Origin: Candidatus Micrarchaeota archaeon
GTDB taxonomy: Archaea; Micrarchaeota; Micrarchaeia; Anstonellales; Bilamarchaeaceae
Direction: 5' to 3'
Length of the DNA: 64,000 nucleotides
Assembly (NCBI GenBank): GCA_043821365.1
Contig: JBDRCX010000006.1
Coordinates: 224,988 to 288,987 of the forward strand
The first letter of the stretch is position 1; every line of letters begins with the position of its first letter. The notes beneath the pieces were generated by a model. The model worked only from the letters and a program-made list of their open reading frames with translations, was not told the DNA's origin and ran no database searches. Positions 43,122 to 52,188 of the stretch are shown here, in pieces. The translations under genes were made by a program, and so were the position numbers.

Positions 43122-44279
43122 ATGAAAGTATCTTTTATGGATATAATTGTCACACACCCATTTCTTCATCAGCGAGGGGGAGGGGAAAGGGTTGTTCTTG
43201 AGATTGCAAAAAAATTTAATCCAACTATCTATTCAATAGTCTATGAACCAGATAAAACTTATTCTGAGTTTAAGGAATTTGATATTAAAATTTTACCAAA
43301 ATCACTCTTAGAAAAACCATTTTTCTTCATGAAAGGTGATTCAAGGCGTTCAGATGCAGTTTCTGCTGGATTTAGATATTATTTAACGAAAATTAAAGAT
43401 GATTATGATCTGATAAACGCCCAAGGAGTGCCGAGCGAGTGGATTAGGAATAAAAATGAGAGAGTAAGTTGGTACTGCCATTCACCAAATCGAGAGGCTT
43501 TTGATCTATATAAATTCAGAATGAGAGATTTGTCATTTCCAAGAAAAATTCTCAATGTTGGGCTTTTGTCTACATTTAAATTTGCAGAATATGGGGTTGT
43601 TCCAAAAATAGAACAAATACTTACAAACTCAGAAATCACAAACAAAAGAATCAAAAAATATCTTCATCGTTCTGATGCAAGGATTATTCACCCTGGTGTT
43701 GATGTTGAACTTTTCACAAATGGATCTTATGATAACTATTTCTTTTATCCATCTAGAATCGTTCCTGAAAAAAGATTCGAATATGTAATTGAAGCATTTA
43801 AGCTGTTTTCTAAAAAACATAAAAATTGGAAGCTTGTTTTGGCTGGTTTTACACCAAAAAGGGAAAGAGAACAAAAATATCTTGAGAAATTGAAAAAATT
43901 ATGTTATGGGCTAAATGTTGAGTTTAGAGTTGATATTGATGATAAAGAAATGAAAAAACTGTATGCGAACTGTTATGCGGTTCTTTTTTCTGCAATCAAT
44001 GAAGACTGGGGGTTAATTCCGTTAGAAGCAATGTCAGCAGAAAAACCATGCATTTCTGTTAATGAAGGAGGCCCAACATATTCAATTGTTAATGGAGAAA
44101 CTGGTTTTCTTGTAAATTCTGAAAAAGAAATGGCAGATAAAATGATTTATCTAGCTTCTAATTCAGATGAAAATGAAAAAATGGGCAAAGCAGGAAGAAA
44201 AAGAGTTCTGAAAAATTACACATGGAAAATATTTTTAGATAAAATTGAGAAAGAATTTAAGAAAGTTGTAAAATCATAA
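43122..44279 (+). CDS. Glycosyltransferase family 4 (GT-B)
   Basis: NEDWGLIPLEAMSAEKPCISVNEGGP equals the GT4 E-x7-E region. Confidence 0.7.
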   Translation: MKVSFMDIIVTHPFLHQRGGGERVVLEIAKKFNPTIYSIVYEPDKTYSEFKEFDIKILPKSLLEKPFFFMKGDSRRSDAVSAGFRYYLTKIKDDYDLINAQGVPSEWIRNKNERVSWYCHSPNREAFDLYKFRMRDLSFPRKILNVGLLSTFKFAEYGVVPKIEQILTNSEITNKRIKKYLHRSDARIIHPGVDVELFTNGSYDNYFFYPSRIVPEKRFEYVIEAFKLFSKKHKNWKLVLAGFTPKREREQKYLEKLKKLCYGLNVEFRVDIDDKEMKKLYANCYAVLFSAINEDWGLIPLEAMSAEKPCISVNEGGPTYSIVNGETGFLVNSEKEMADKMIYLASNSDENEKMGKAGRKRVLKNYTWKIFLDKIEKEFKKVVKS

Positions 44280-44284
44280 TAAAA

Positions 44285-45328
44285 TTATTTTACTTTGTCC
44301 CATACCTCCTCATAAATCTTTTTACATTTCTTTGCCGCATTTTTCCAGGTGTATCTCTTTGCAATTTCCAATCCATTATTAGCAATTCTTTTCCTAAGTT
44401 TTTCATTTTCTATCAGTTCTATTATTCTTTCTGACATTGCGAGAGAATTACCTGATTCTACTATTGCGATGTCCTCGTTTTTCAAATCATTAGCTATCCC
44501 TACACTTGTGGTCACAAGTGCCTTCTTATTCGCCATAGCATCCAATATCGGCATACCAAATCCTTCATATCTAGATGGAACTACTGCCATACCGCATTCT
44601 CTATAAAGTGTTTGCAATTCTTCTTTTGTAATTTTACCAGTAAAATGTATTCCGTCCTCTTTTTTACTAATTACCACATTCATTTTTTCTTTTTCATCAT
44701 CCCAAATAGGCTCACCAGTTATGTATAATTCTACGTTTGGGCATCTTTTTCTTACTATTTTGAAAGCTTCGATTAGGTCTTCAGTGCCTTTCCTCCATAA
44801 GAAAGGACTTCCTACTGCACATAGTATCTTAGTTGAATCTCCATATTGTGGCCTATAAACTTTTTGGACGCCACACGGGATTATGTCTATTCTTTTTTTC
44901 CCATACGCTTTCTCCAGGTCCATTGCAGCAATTTTGCTTAATGTAGTTACCCGCACTGCGCGTTTGTAACTAAATATCTCCTTTGTTATCAATATTTGTT
45001 TCCGTATCCAGCTGCATTTAGTTTTGGTAAAATCATAATGGTGTATGTGCTCGATGATTGGTTTATTTGGTACTAAAAAAGCCCCAGTGTTGAAGCTGTG
45101 GATTATGTCGATATCCTTTACGCTTTGTAAACATTTTAACTGAAAATAAAGTCCTCTTCCTGGTACTTTTGGTATTTTTACTTTTACATCTCCTTCTTCT
45201 GATTCAGAACTTGTGATTAGTTTTATGTCTACTCCAAGATCTTCTAGTGCATGTTTTAAGTTATAAACATACACAGAACCTCCCAAAATGTTGGGCGGGT
45301 AAAATAGAGAAACTATTCCTATTTGCAT
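44285..45328 (-). CDS. Glycosyltransferase family 4 (GT-B)
   Basis: SRYEGFGMPILDAMANKKALVTTSVG. Confidence 0.7.
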   Translation of the reverse strand: MQIGIVSLFYPPNILGGSVYVYNLKHALEDLGVDIKLITSSESEEGDVKVKIPKVPGRGLYFQLKCLQSVKDIDIIHSFNTGAFLVPNKPIIEHIHHYDFTKTKCSWIRKQILITKEIFSYKRAVRVTTLSKIAAMDLEKAYGKKRIDIIPCGVQKVYRPQYGDSTKILCAVGSPFLWRKGTEDLIEAFKIVRKRCPNVELYITGEPIWDDEKEKMNVVISKKEDGIHFTGKITKEELQTLYRECGMAVVPSRYEGFGMPILDAMANKKALVTTSVGIANDLKNEDIAIVESGNSLAMSERIIELIENEKLRKRIANNGLEIAKRYTWKNAAKKCKKIYEEVWDKVK

Positions 45329-45351
45329 AAAGTCACTCTAGTCCATTGGTT

Positions 45352-46389
45352 TTAACTTATTTTATATGTTTCTAAGGTTTTTTCTACACAATTTTTCCAA
45401 GTGAAATGTGCAATGTGTTTTTTGTGTTCTGCAGTGAATGTAAATTTATTGTGATAATTTTTTTCTAGTGTTTTTGCCAAATCTTGCTCATCTGAAACTA
45501 ACATGCAGAATTTTGTTACTTCAGAAGGGATTCTAGCGTTTTTTCTTACAATAACTGGGGTTTGGCATTTTTGTGCTTCTATGATGGGTAGTCCAAAACC
45601 TTCTAGTGTTGAAGGGAAGACAAAAACATCAAAACTATTGTATATTCTTACAAGATCATCGTCCTTTGCAAATCCTCTGAATTCCACATTCTTTATCCCA
45701 AGTTCTTTTGCAAGTTCCATGCATGGATTGTAGTGTGCACCAGTTCCATAAAGTATCAATTGTGCTTTAATTTTGTTTTGTTTTTCAAAAATAGCATACG
45801 CCCGCAATAAAAAAGGAACGTCTTTATTCCCCGCAAATCCGCCAACATAACCTATCGTAAATTCTTTCTTTTTAATCTTTAATTTTCTAAATCTGTCTGA
45901 TACCCCAAGTGGTGTGACAATTATCTTATCTTCTGGTATTCCAAAATTCTCTATTATATCTTCTTTAGTTTGTGATGAAATTGATAGTAATAAATCAGAA
46001 CTAATGATGGCTGTTTTTATCGAGTGTTTAATCATCCTAGACGAGAGACTGTTGTCAAAATAAAGTATTGGGTGTAGGTCGTATATTGTCGTCACAATCC
46101 TTTTCTTGTAAATTTTTTTAAATAGTGGTATGACAAATCCCATCTGTGGAGCAGTTAAATGGTATACACAACTTTTTGTCGGTAACAGTAGTATCTTTAA
46201 TGGAACAAAAAAGAAAAAATCAAATGCAGATTTAAGCCGTGACTTCCCCCATCTGAAAGAGTTTATTGTTCTAACAGTTATTCCTTTTTTCATTAGTTCT
46301 TTCACTAAGTTGACTGAGTAACGTGCAATTCCATGTCCTACTCCCTCATCGAGGTAATGGGAGATTATTGTAATGTCCATTTTAACCAT
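45352..46389 (-). CDS. Glycosyltransferase family 4 (GT-B)
   Basis: STLEGFGLPIIEAQKCQTPVIV. Confidence 0.7.
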   Translation of the reverse strand: MVKMDITIISHYLDEGVGHGIARYSVNLVKELMKKGITVRTINSFRWGKSRLKSAFDFFFFVPLKILLLPTKSCVYHLTAPQMGFVIPLFKKIYKKRIVTTIYDLHPILYFDNSLSSRMIKHSIKTAIISSDLLLSISSQTKEDIIENFGIPEDKIIVTPLGVSDRFRKLKIKKKEFTIGYVGGFAGNKDVPFLLRAYAIFEKQNKIKAQLILYGTGAHYNPCMELAKELGIKNVEFRGFAKDDDLVRIYNSFDVFVFPSTLEGFGLPIIEAQKCQTPVIVRKNARIPSEVTKFCMLVSDEQDLAKTLEKNYHNKFTFTAEHKKHIAHFTWKNCVEKTLETYKIS

Positions 46390-46404
46390 GTTTTAATCTT
46401 GTAA

Positions 46405-47562
46405 TCAAAGCTTTATGTTCTTATAAAATTCAACACCATCTTTTATTATGTCTAAGATTGATTTTGTTGGCTGCCATCCAGTTTTCTCAACAAATTTTGT
46501 GTTGTCTCCTATGAATCCATCAAACAACACATTGCCTCTTTCATATGGTCTTATTCTTGAAGTATCAGTCATGAGCTTTACTTTTTCTTCAAGTCCATTT
46601 GTTTTGATGGCTAATCTTGCATAATCACCCATTCTTATTCCAACACCTGAACAAATATTGTATGGTTCTCCCTTGTTGCATTTTTCTATGGCCATTATCT
46701 GTGCTACTGCACTTTCGTGTACATGGGTCATGTCTCTAACTGAATTTGGATTTCCGATAATTAACTCTGTTTTTTTGTTATTTAGACATTCAGCAATCTG
46801 TGAGGCAACTACTGCGGTAAAGAATTGTAATCCTCTTCTTGGCCCCTCTTGGTTAAACGTCCTAGTGATAACTGTTGGCACTCGGTACATAAAATAGTAT
46901 GATCTCCCAATGTAATCAGTGAATACTTTGGTTGCAGCATAAGTTGAAGTCGGCCTTAGTTCGTGCGTTTCTTTTACTGGAACCTCATCTACGTTATCTA
47001 TGAATCCATATTGTTCTGATGAACATGCGAGTTGTACTCCTTCTATCTCTTTTGCATATCTTTTTGTTGCCTCAAGGATATTCACAGTGCTAACACAGTT
47101 ATTCTCTGTTACGTGAGCTGGTTGGTCTATACTTGTTGGAACAAATGATTCAGCTGCCTGGTGGAATATTGCATGTGGTTGCACTTCATTTATGACGTTC
47201 GATGTCATGTTATAATCTCTGAGGTCAACCTCAAATGTTTTTAATTTCCCAGAATTCATGTGTTTTTGGATATATGGGTGGTATGCAATTGCATGCCTTC
47301 TTACAATGCCAAATAATATTGCACCTGCATCAATTAGTTCATCTGCTATGGTACTTCCAACCATCCCAGAAATTCCAGTAATCAATACTCGTTTACCTTC
47401 CCAATGTTTTTTTGATATTTCTGGTTTTTTGTTATTTTTTAATTTATTTAAATATTTTTCAAACAATTCGTGATTTTTCGTATCTATCAAATATCCTTCT
47501 TTTACAAGTTCTTGCAATGTTTCTGTTGTGTTTTCAAATTTTTCAGTTGGTTCCAATGTCAT
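46405..47562 (-). CDS. Extended-SDR NAD(P)-dependent sugar-nucleotide dehydratase/epimerase with ~55-aa N-terminal extension
   Basis: VLITGISGMVGS Rossmann motif begins near aa 59. Catalytic STYAATKVF (YxxxK). Confidence 0.7.
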   Translation of the reverse strand: MTLEPTEKFENTTETLQELVKEGYLIDTKNHELFEKYLNKLKNNKKPEISKKHWEGKRVLITGISGMVGSTIADELIDAGAILFGIVRRHAIAYHPYIQKHMNSGKLKTFEVDLRDYNMTSNVINEVQPHAIFHQAAESFVPTSIDQPAHVTENNCVSTVNILEATKRYAKEIEGVQLACSSEQYGFIDNVDEVPVKETHELRPTSTYAATKVFTDYIGRSYYFMYRVPTVITRTFNQEGPRRGLQFFTAVVASQIAECLNNKKTELIIGNPNSVRDMTHVHESAVAQIMAIEKCNKGEPYNICSGVGIRMGDYARLAIKTNGLEEKVKLMTDTSRIRPYERGNVLFDGFIGDNTKFVEKTGWQPTKSILDIIKDGVEFYKNIKL

Positions 47563-47582
47563 AATATATCCCTCAATATAAT

Positions 47583-47594
47583 CCTACTAGTAGG
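47583..47594. promoter_or_regulatory. Perfect 12-bp palindrome cctactagtagg in the divergent SDR-SDR intergenic region
   Basis: Lies 20 nt from the ATG (47562) of the minus-strand SDR gene. Shares ctactagtaggtt with site 39408-39420. Confidence 0.5.
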
Positions 47595-47685
47595 TTTTCA
47601 TAAACCTATTATATTTTACCTCTTTTAAGTATGTCCTTCCATTAGTTTTTTATAATCTGCTTTACTTTATTACTAACTGGTTTTT

Positions 47686-48591
47686 ATGAAGTTTCTTGTT
47701 ACTGGAGGAGCCGGGTTTATTGGTTCTAATCTTGTTGAAAGGTTAGTTAAAGAAGGGCACGAAGTCACTGTTCTTGATAATCTACATACTGGTAGTGAAA
47801 CAAATCTATCTTCTGTTAAAGACAAAATCAAGTTCATTAATGGAAACGCAAGTAAAATTTCTGAAATTAATGAAAAATTCGATGGTATTTTTCATAATGG
47901 TATATACTCATCTTCACCAATGTACCGAGATGATCTAAGGCTCATTGCACAAGTAATAGATGAATTTATTTCAATACTTGAATATGCAAGAAAACACAAT
48001 ACAAAAGTTGTTTTCGCATCATCATCTTCTGTTTATAGCGGTCTGATGCCTCCACACAAAGAAGATATGCAAATTAAGGTTACTGATTTTTATACCGAAG
48101 CCCGACTTCCTTTAGAACGATTGGCTGAACTTTACAATAAATTATATGGGACAAAAGTCATCGGATTGAGGTATTTTTCAGTTTATGGCCCACATGAGGA
48201 AAGCAAGGGTCAGTATGCCAATCTAATCACACAATTTTTATGGGCAATGAAAAAAAACGAAGCGCCTGTTATTTTTGGCGACGGCAACCAAAAAAGAGAT
48301 TTTACATATGTTGGTGATGTTGTTGAAGCTAATCTTCTTTCTATGAATTCAAAAGTTGATTTTGGAATATTTAATGTTGGTACTGGTGCAACTTATACAC
48401 TAAATGATATGTGCAAACTTCTATCAAAGAAAATGTCTAAGGACATCAAACCTACATACGTTCCAAACCCAATCAAAAATTATGTTCAGTATACTCAGGC
48501 AGACACCACAAAAGCAGAAAATATACTTGGTTTCAAAGCAAAACTAACACTTGAAACTGGGATTGAAAAACTTTTAGTTCATTATGGCTGA
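47686..48591 (+). CDS. Extended-SDR UDP-sugar 4-epimerase-like protein with YxxxR in place of YxxxK
   Basis: GGAGFIGSNL, ASSSSVY, LRYFSVYGP. The catalytic segment reads FYTEARLPLE (Tyr136, Arg140; codon cga at 48103-48105). Confidence 0.7.
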   Translation: MKFLVTGGAGFIGSNLVERLVKEGHEVTVLDNLHTGSETNLSSVKDKIKFINGNASKISEINEKFDGIFHNGIYSSSPMYRDDLRLIAQVIDEFISILEYARKHNTKVVFASSSSVYSGLMPPHKEDMQIKVTDFYTEARLPLERLAELYNKLYGTKVIGLRYFSVYGPHEESKGQYANLITQFLWAMKKNEAPVIFGDGNQKRDFTYVGDVVEANLLSMNSKVDFGIFNVGTGATYTLNDMCKLLSKKMSKDIKPTYVPNPIKNYVQYTQADTTKAENILGFKAKLTLETGIEKLLVHYG

Positions 48592-48596
48592 AAACC

Positions 48597-49574
48597 ATGA
48601 AAATTCTTTTTAGGGTTGATGGCAACCAAAATATTGCCAGGTGTCTTGCTCTAGCTTCTGGTCTGAAAGAAACTGAACCTATCTCTGAAATTTTATTCTG
48701 TGGTTCAAATTCAATAAAAGACCAAGTATTAGCAAATAATTTCAGTTACAAAGAACTTGGTTCTCCTTTTGAAATTGGTATGGAAGATCTTGAAGCTATA
48801 ATCGAACAAGAGCAAATACAAATTCTTATAATTGATTTCAAACGTATCACTGAAAATCATATAAATCACCTTTCAAAAAAAGTTTTGTTAGTTGTTTTTG
48901 ATGATGGTTCAGTTGTTCATTGCAACGCCAAAATTCTGGTTAATCCAAATATTTATGCACACCTAATCAGATATACCATGGGAGATGAAACTGAACTTTT
49001 ACTAGGTACGGAATTCTATCCGTTATTAAGCGAATTTGACCAACATGAAGATTTCGAGAGGACAATATCAGATTCAGTAAAACACATACTCATTGATCTT
49101 GAAGATGACGGGGCGATTACTGTCCAGATAATTCAAATTCTAAAAGATCTAAAAGACCATTTCTCAGTTACTATTGTTACTGGTAAAAATTTCATTAAAG
49201 GTGAAGACCTTGCTAAACTTATTGGTTTGGATGGTCGTTTCATAGTTCTCCAGGATCCCGATCCCATAAAGAGATTTTCAATTGCAGATATTGCAATAAC
49301 CAACCAGAACTGGTTTAATGAAATTATGTTTTTTCGATTGCCTTCATTGGTTATCGGACCAAAGTCAAATCTCCTTGATTATATTGGAAAGAATGAACTT
49401 GCTTTGACTTTGATGGGAACACCAAACAACGATGAGATGCGATCTGTAGTCTTTACTCTTTTCAAAGACAAAAACACACGTGAAAATATTTCGAAAAGAC
49501 TTTTTGAATTAATTGATAATCTAGGAAGATTCAGGTTAGCAAACGAAATCCTAGAGTCATATAAATCAATTTAA
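48597..49574 (+). CDS. PseG/SpsG-like GT-B fold protein (degenerate)
   Basis: MKILFRVDGNQNIARCLALASGLKE resembles the PseG/SpsG N-terminus but lacks the G-x-G-H. Sits in the glycan cluster. Confidence 0.3.
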   Translation: MKILFRVDGNQNIARCLALASGLKETEPISEILFCGSNSIKDQVLANNFSYKELGSPFEIGMEDLEAIIEQEQIQILIIDFKRITENHINHLSKKVLLVVFDDGSVVHCNAKILVNPNIYAHLIRYTMGDETELLLGTEFYPLLSEFDQHEDFERTISDSVKHILIDLEDDGAITVQIIQILKDLKDHFSVTIVTGKNFIKGEDLAKLIGLDGRFIVLQDPDPIKRFSIADIAITNQNWFNEIMFFRLPSLVIGPKSNLLDYIGKNELALTLMGTPNNDEMRSVVFTLFKDKNTRENISKRLFELIDNLGRFRLANEILESYKSI

Positions 49575-49609
49575 ACTAATTATATGTTTATTTCAGTGAT
49601 AGTGTTTCT

Positions 49610-51226
49610 ATGGATGATCTTTCTCAAACATCAAAAGAAGTTGCAAAAGGCACAATCTGGTCACTTCTAGGAACGCTTTTTTTCAAGCTGTCTTCGTTTT
49701 TTTATGTTATATTGATAGCCAGAGTTGTTTCTCAAGACGACATTGGAATTCTCTATCTTGGTATAAGTATTGCAGGGTTGCTGAGTCTCGCATCAGAATT
49801 TGGTATTGTGAGTGCTTTAGTGCGTTACATTCCCTTTTTCTATGGTAAAAATGATAACCGGAAAATCTTTGACCTAATCAACTTTAGCTATATCACTGTT
49901 GTTCTTTCTGTTATTGCCGCAATAATACTATTTTGGCAAGCAGATGCGATAGCTGTTTTCTATTCACTCCCCTCTCTAACTATGGCCTTACAGTTGTTTT
50001 CCATATTTATCATTCTAAGTTCATTCAATAAAATATTTTCAAATATCTTACTTGGTTTTGCTGATGTAAAATCAACACAACTAGCCTCCAATCTCCAGAA
50101 TTTTTCAAAACTAATAGTTACAATCTGCCTTTTCTATTTGTATGGGATCACCCTATTCAATCTTGTTCTTGGTTATATCCTTTCCTTCCTTCCACCTGTT
50201 ATTCTATTATTCATATTTATGAAAAAACAACTATCCAGAATTCCTTCAACTGGGGACAAAATAACACAAAAAGATTTGGTTAATGATGTAGTGCCTTTTG
50301 GTTTTATGATAATGATCCTAAGTTCATTTTCTCTAATTCTAACTTCTGCAGATAAGCTTATTCTTGGTTATTTACTTGATCCTAGTGAATCTGCGAGTCT
50401 GATTGGAATTTATTCGATTGCATTTGGTCTTGCTGCGATGATCGCTCTCTTTCCACCAACTATTGGAAGTATCTTTTTCCCAGTTGTGTCAAGACTATTC
50501 GGGAAAAATGATATGGATGGTATTCGTTCTCTTACTGAAACAGCACAAAGATGGCTTTTATTTATCACGTTGCCAGTTGCAATTGTTTTCCTTGTGTTTG
50601 CACGTGATCTTCTTTCACTTTTTTATGGCGAGTCCTATGCATCTGGGGAAATGGTTGTCATTTGGTATATTCTAGGATTTGTACTAACTTCAATTACCTA
50701 TGTTATTGGTTATGTTCTTGCAGCAATGCGACTTATTAAACTTGAAATTAAAATCCTTGCAATTTCTGCACTTGTCAACGTTATTCTGGCATTTTTACTA
50801 ATCCCAATTTTTAGTATTGAAGGAGCTGCTCTTGCTATTATGTTCAGTTCTGTTGTTTCCTTTTTCCTTCTTATATATTATGGACGTAAGGTGTTTAATT
50901 ATTCTCTCCCAGTTGAGGTGTACAAATTAGTTAGTGCATTTGTAATCTCTCTTATAGTGCTCTTTTTGTTTAAGCCATATTCGGTATCATTATTTAACGC
51001 ACTTCCAGTTTTTGATTCGCCAGTTGTTGATAAAATTTTGAACTTTGGTCTTTTATCTGTCTTTTCATTATTCACATTATTGGTATTTATCTCAATCACA
51101 ATCCCATTCAAATGCTTCTACAAAGAAGATATTTCTCTGATGAAATCTCTCATGAAAAAACTCAGAATCCCTGTAAAATTAATTGATTTTACGACCAAAT
51201 TAGCCTCATATGGTGTAAAAATGTAA
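49610..51226 (+). CDS. Polysaccharide/oligosaccharide flippase (MOP superfamily, Wzx-like)
   Basis: 538 aa with about 14 TM helices. N-terminal KGTIWSLLGTLFFKLSSFFYVILIAR is typical of Wzx-type proteins. Confidence 0.7.
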   Translation: MDDLSQTSKEVAKGTIWSLLGTLFFKLSSFFYVILIARVVSQDDIGILYLGISIAGLLSLASEFGIVSALVRYIPFFYGKNDNRKIFDLINFSYITVVLSVIAAIILFWQADAIAVFYSLPSLTMALQLFSIFIILSSFNKIFSNILLGFADVKSTQLASNLQNFSKLIVTICLFYLYGITLFNLVLGYILSFLPPVILLFIFMKKQLSRIPSTGDKITQKDLVNDVVPFGFMIMILSSFSLILTSADKLILGYLLDPSESASLIGIYSIAFGLAAMIALFPPTIGSIFFPVVSRLFGKNDMDGIRSLTETAQRWLLFITLPVAIVFLVFARDLLSLFYGESYASGEMVVIWYILGFVLTSITYVIGYVLAAMRLIKLEIKILAISALVNVILAFLLIPIFSIEGAALAIMFSSVVSFFLLIYYGRKVFNYSLPVEVYKLVSAFVISLIVLFLFKPYSVSLFNALPVFDSPVVDKILNFGLLSVFSLFTLLVFISITIPFKCFYKEDISLMKSLMKKLRIPVKLIDFTTKLASYGVKM

Positions 51227-51241
51227 AAACATTTTTACTAA

Positions 51242-51261
51242 ATCGAAATTATTATTTCGAT
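51242..51261. promoter_or_regulatory. 8-bp-stem inverted repeat atcgaaat-tatt-atttcgat between the flippase and A24 peptidase genes
   Basis: Seen directly. Further tcga(t/a)-containing half-sites follow (tttcgatcaattcgata, 51290-51306). Confidence 0.35.
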
Positions 51262-51308
51262 ATAGCGTAAAATAGGCGTTTTTAAACAGTTTCGATCAAT
51301 TCGATAAC

Positions 51309-52157
51309 ATGCTTGAAGATGTAATTTTTAGCCAACTCACCATGCCAGGTGAACTTGTAAGATTAGTAATTGCCTTTCTGGGTGTTCTAGTTGCAACCTA
51401 TTATGATCTTTTTAATAAGAAAAATATTCCAGATCTTTTTTTGTATTCATTTTTACTCATCGCATTTCTGATTAATTTATTATTCTATGAAGAAACTTTA
51501 TTCATATTCTCACTTGCCATTGCTGTTGTGGTATCTGGTATTGGATATATCTTCTACCGTGTCGGTCAGTTGGGCGGGGCAGATGTTTTCATTTTGGCAG
51601 GAATAATGCTATTGCTTCCTATACACCCATCCTTCTCTGAAATGACATTCAACATTCCTTTTGTATTCTCAATTATCATATTTTCTGGAGTGGTATTCGC
51701 TCTTTACATGATGGTTTATTTTGGTTTCAAACTGTTGAATACTGAAGCCAAACCAAATCTACTATATTTGCTTATGTTAGTTCCGTATGGACTATTCGCA
51801 TATGTCTATCTTGGCTCATTTTTATTTTCCCCGCTTTATTTTGCTTTTATAACAATCTCCATGTTTGCAATTACTCTTTTCATGATGTTTAAGGAATCTG
51901 TAAATAAGCTGCTTGCAGAAGAGTTGCCTCTTTCTCAACTTGAACCAGAGGATGTTCTTGCACTTGAACTAATGAATAAGGACCTAGTTGAAAAGCACAA
52001 GCTTACTCGGCTAGTAACAGAGAATGAAATCGCGAGATTAAAAAAGGCAAAACTAACCGAAGTCTGGGTCTATACAAAACTCCCCCCCTTCGTTCCATTC
52101 ATTTTAGTCGGTATGGTGATGTCTTTATTTTTCGCCAAACACCTTCTTCTTTTTTGA
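51309..52157 (+). CDS. A24-family aspartic peptidase (prepilin/preflagellin peptidase-like)
   Basis: Polytopic protein. Asp in VATYYDLFNKK and QLGGADVFILAG (cf. the GxGD second catalytic motif). Confidence 0.55.
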   Translation: MLEDVIFSQLTMPGELVRLVIAFLGVLVATYYDLFNKKNIPDLFLYSFLLIAFLINLLFYEETLFIFSLAIAVVVSGIGYIFYRVGQLGGADVFILAGIMLLLPIHPSFSEMTFNIPFVFSIIIFSGVVFALYMMVYFGFKLLNTEAKPNLLYLLMLVPYGLFAYVYLGSFLFSPLYFAFITISMFAITLFMMFKESVNKLLAEELPLSQLEPEDVLALELMNKDLVEKHKLTRLVTENEIARLKKAKLTEVWVYTKLPPFVPFILVGMVMSLFFAKHLLLF

Positions 52158-52188
52158 ATTTATGTGTTTTATTATAAAGTGATCTAGT

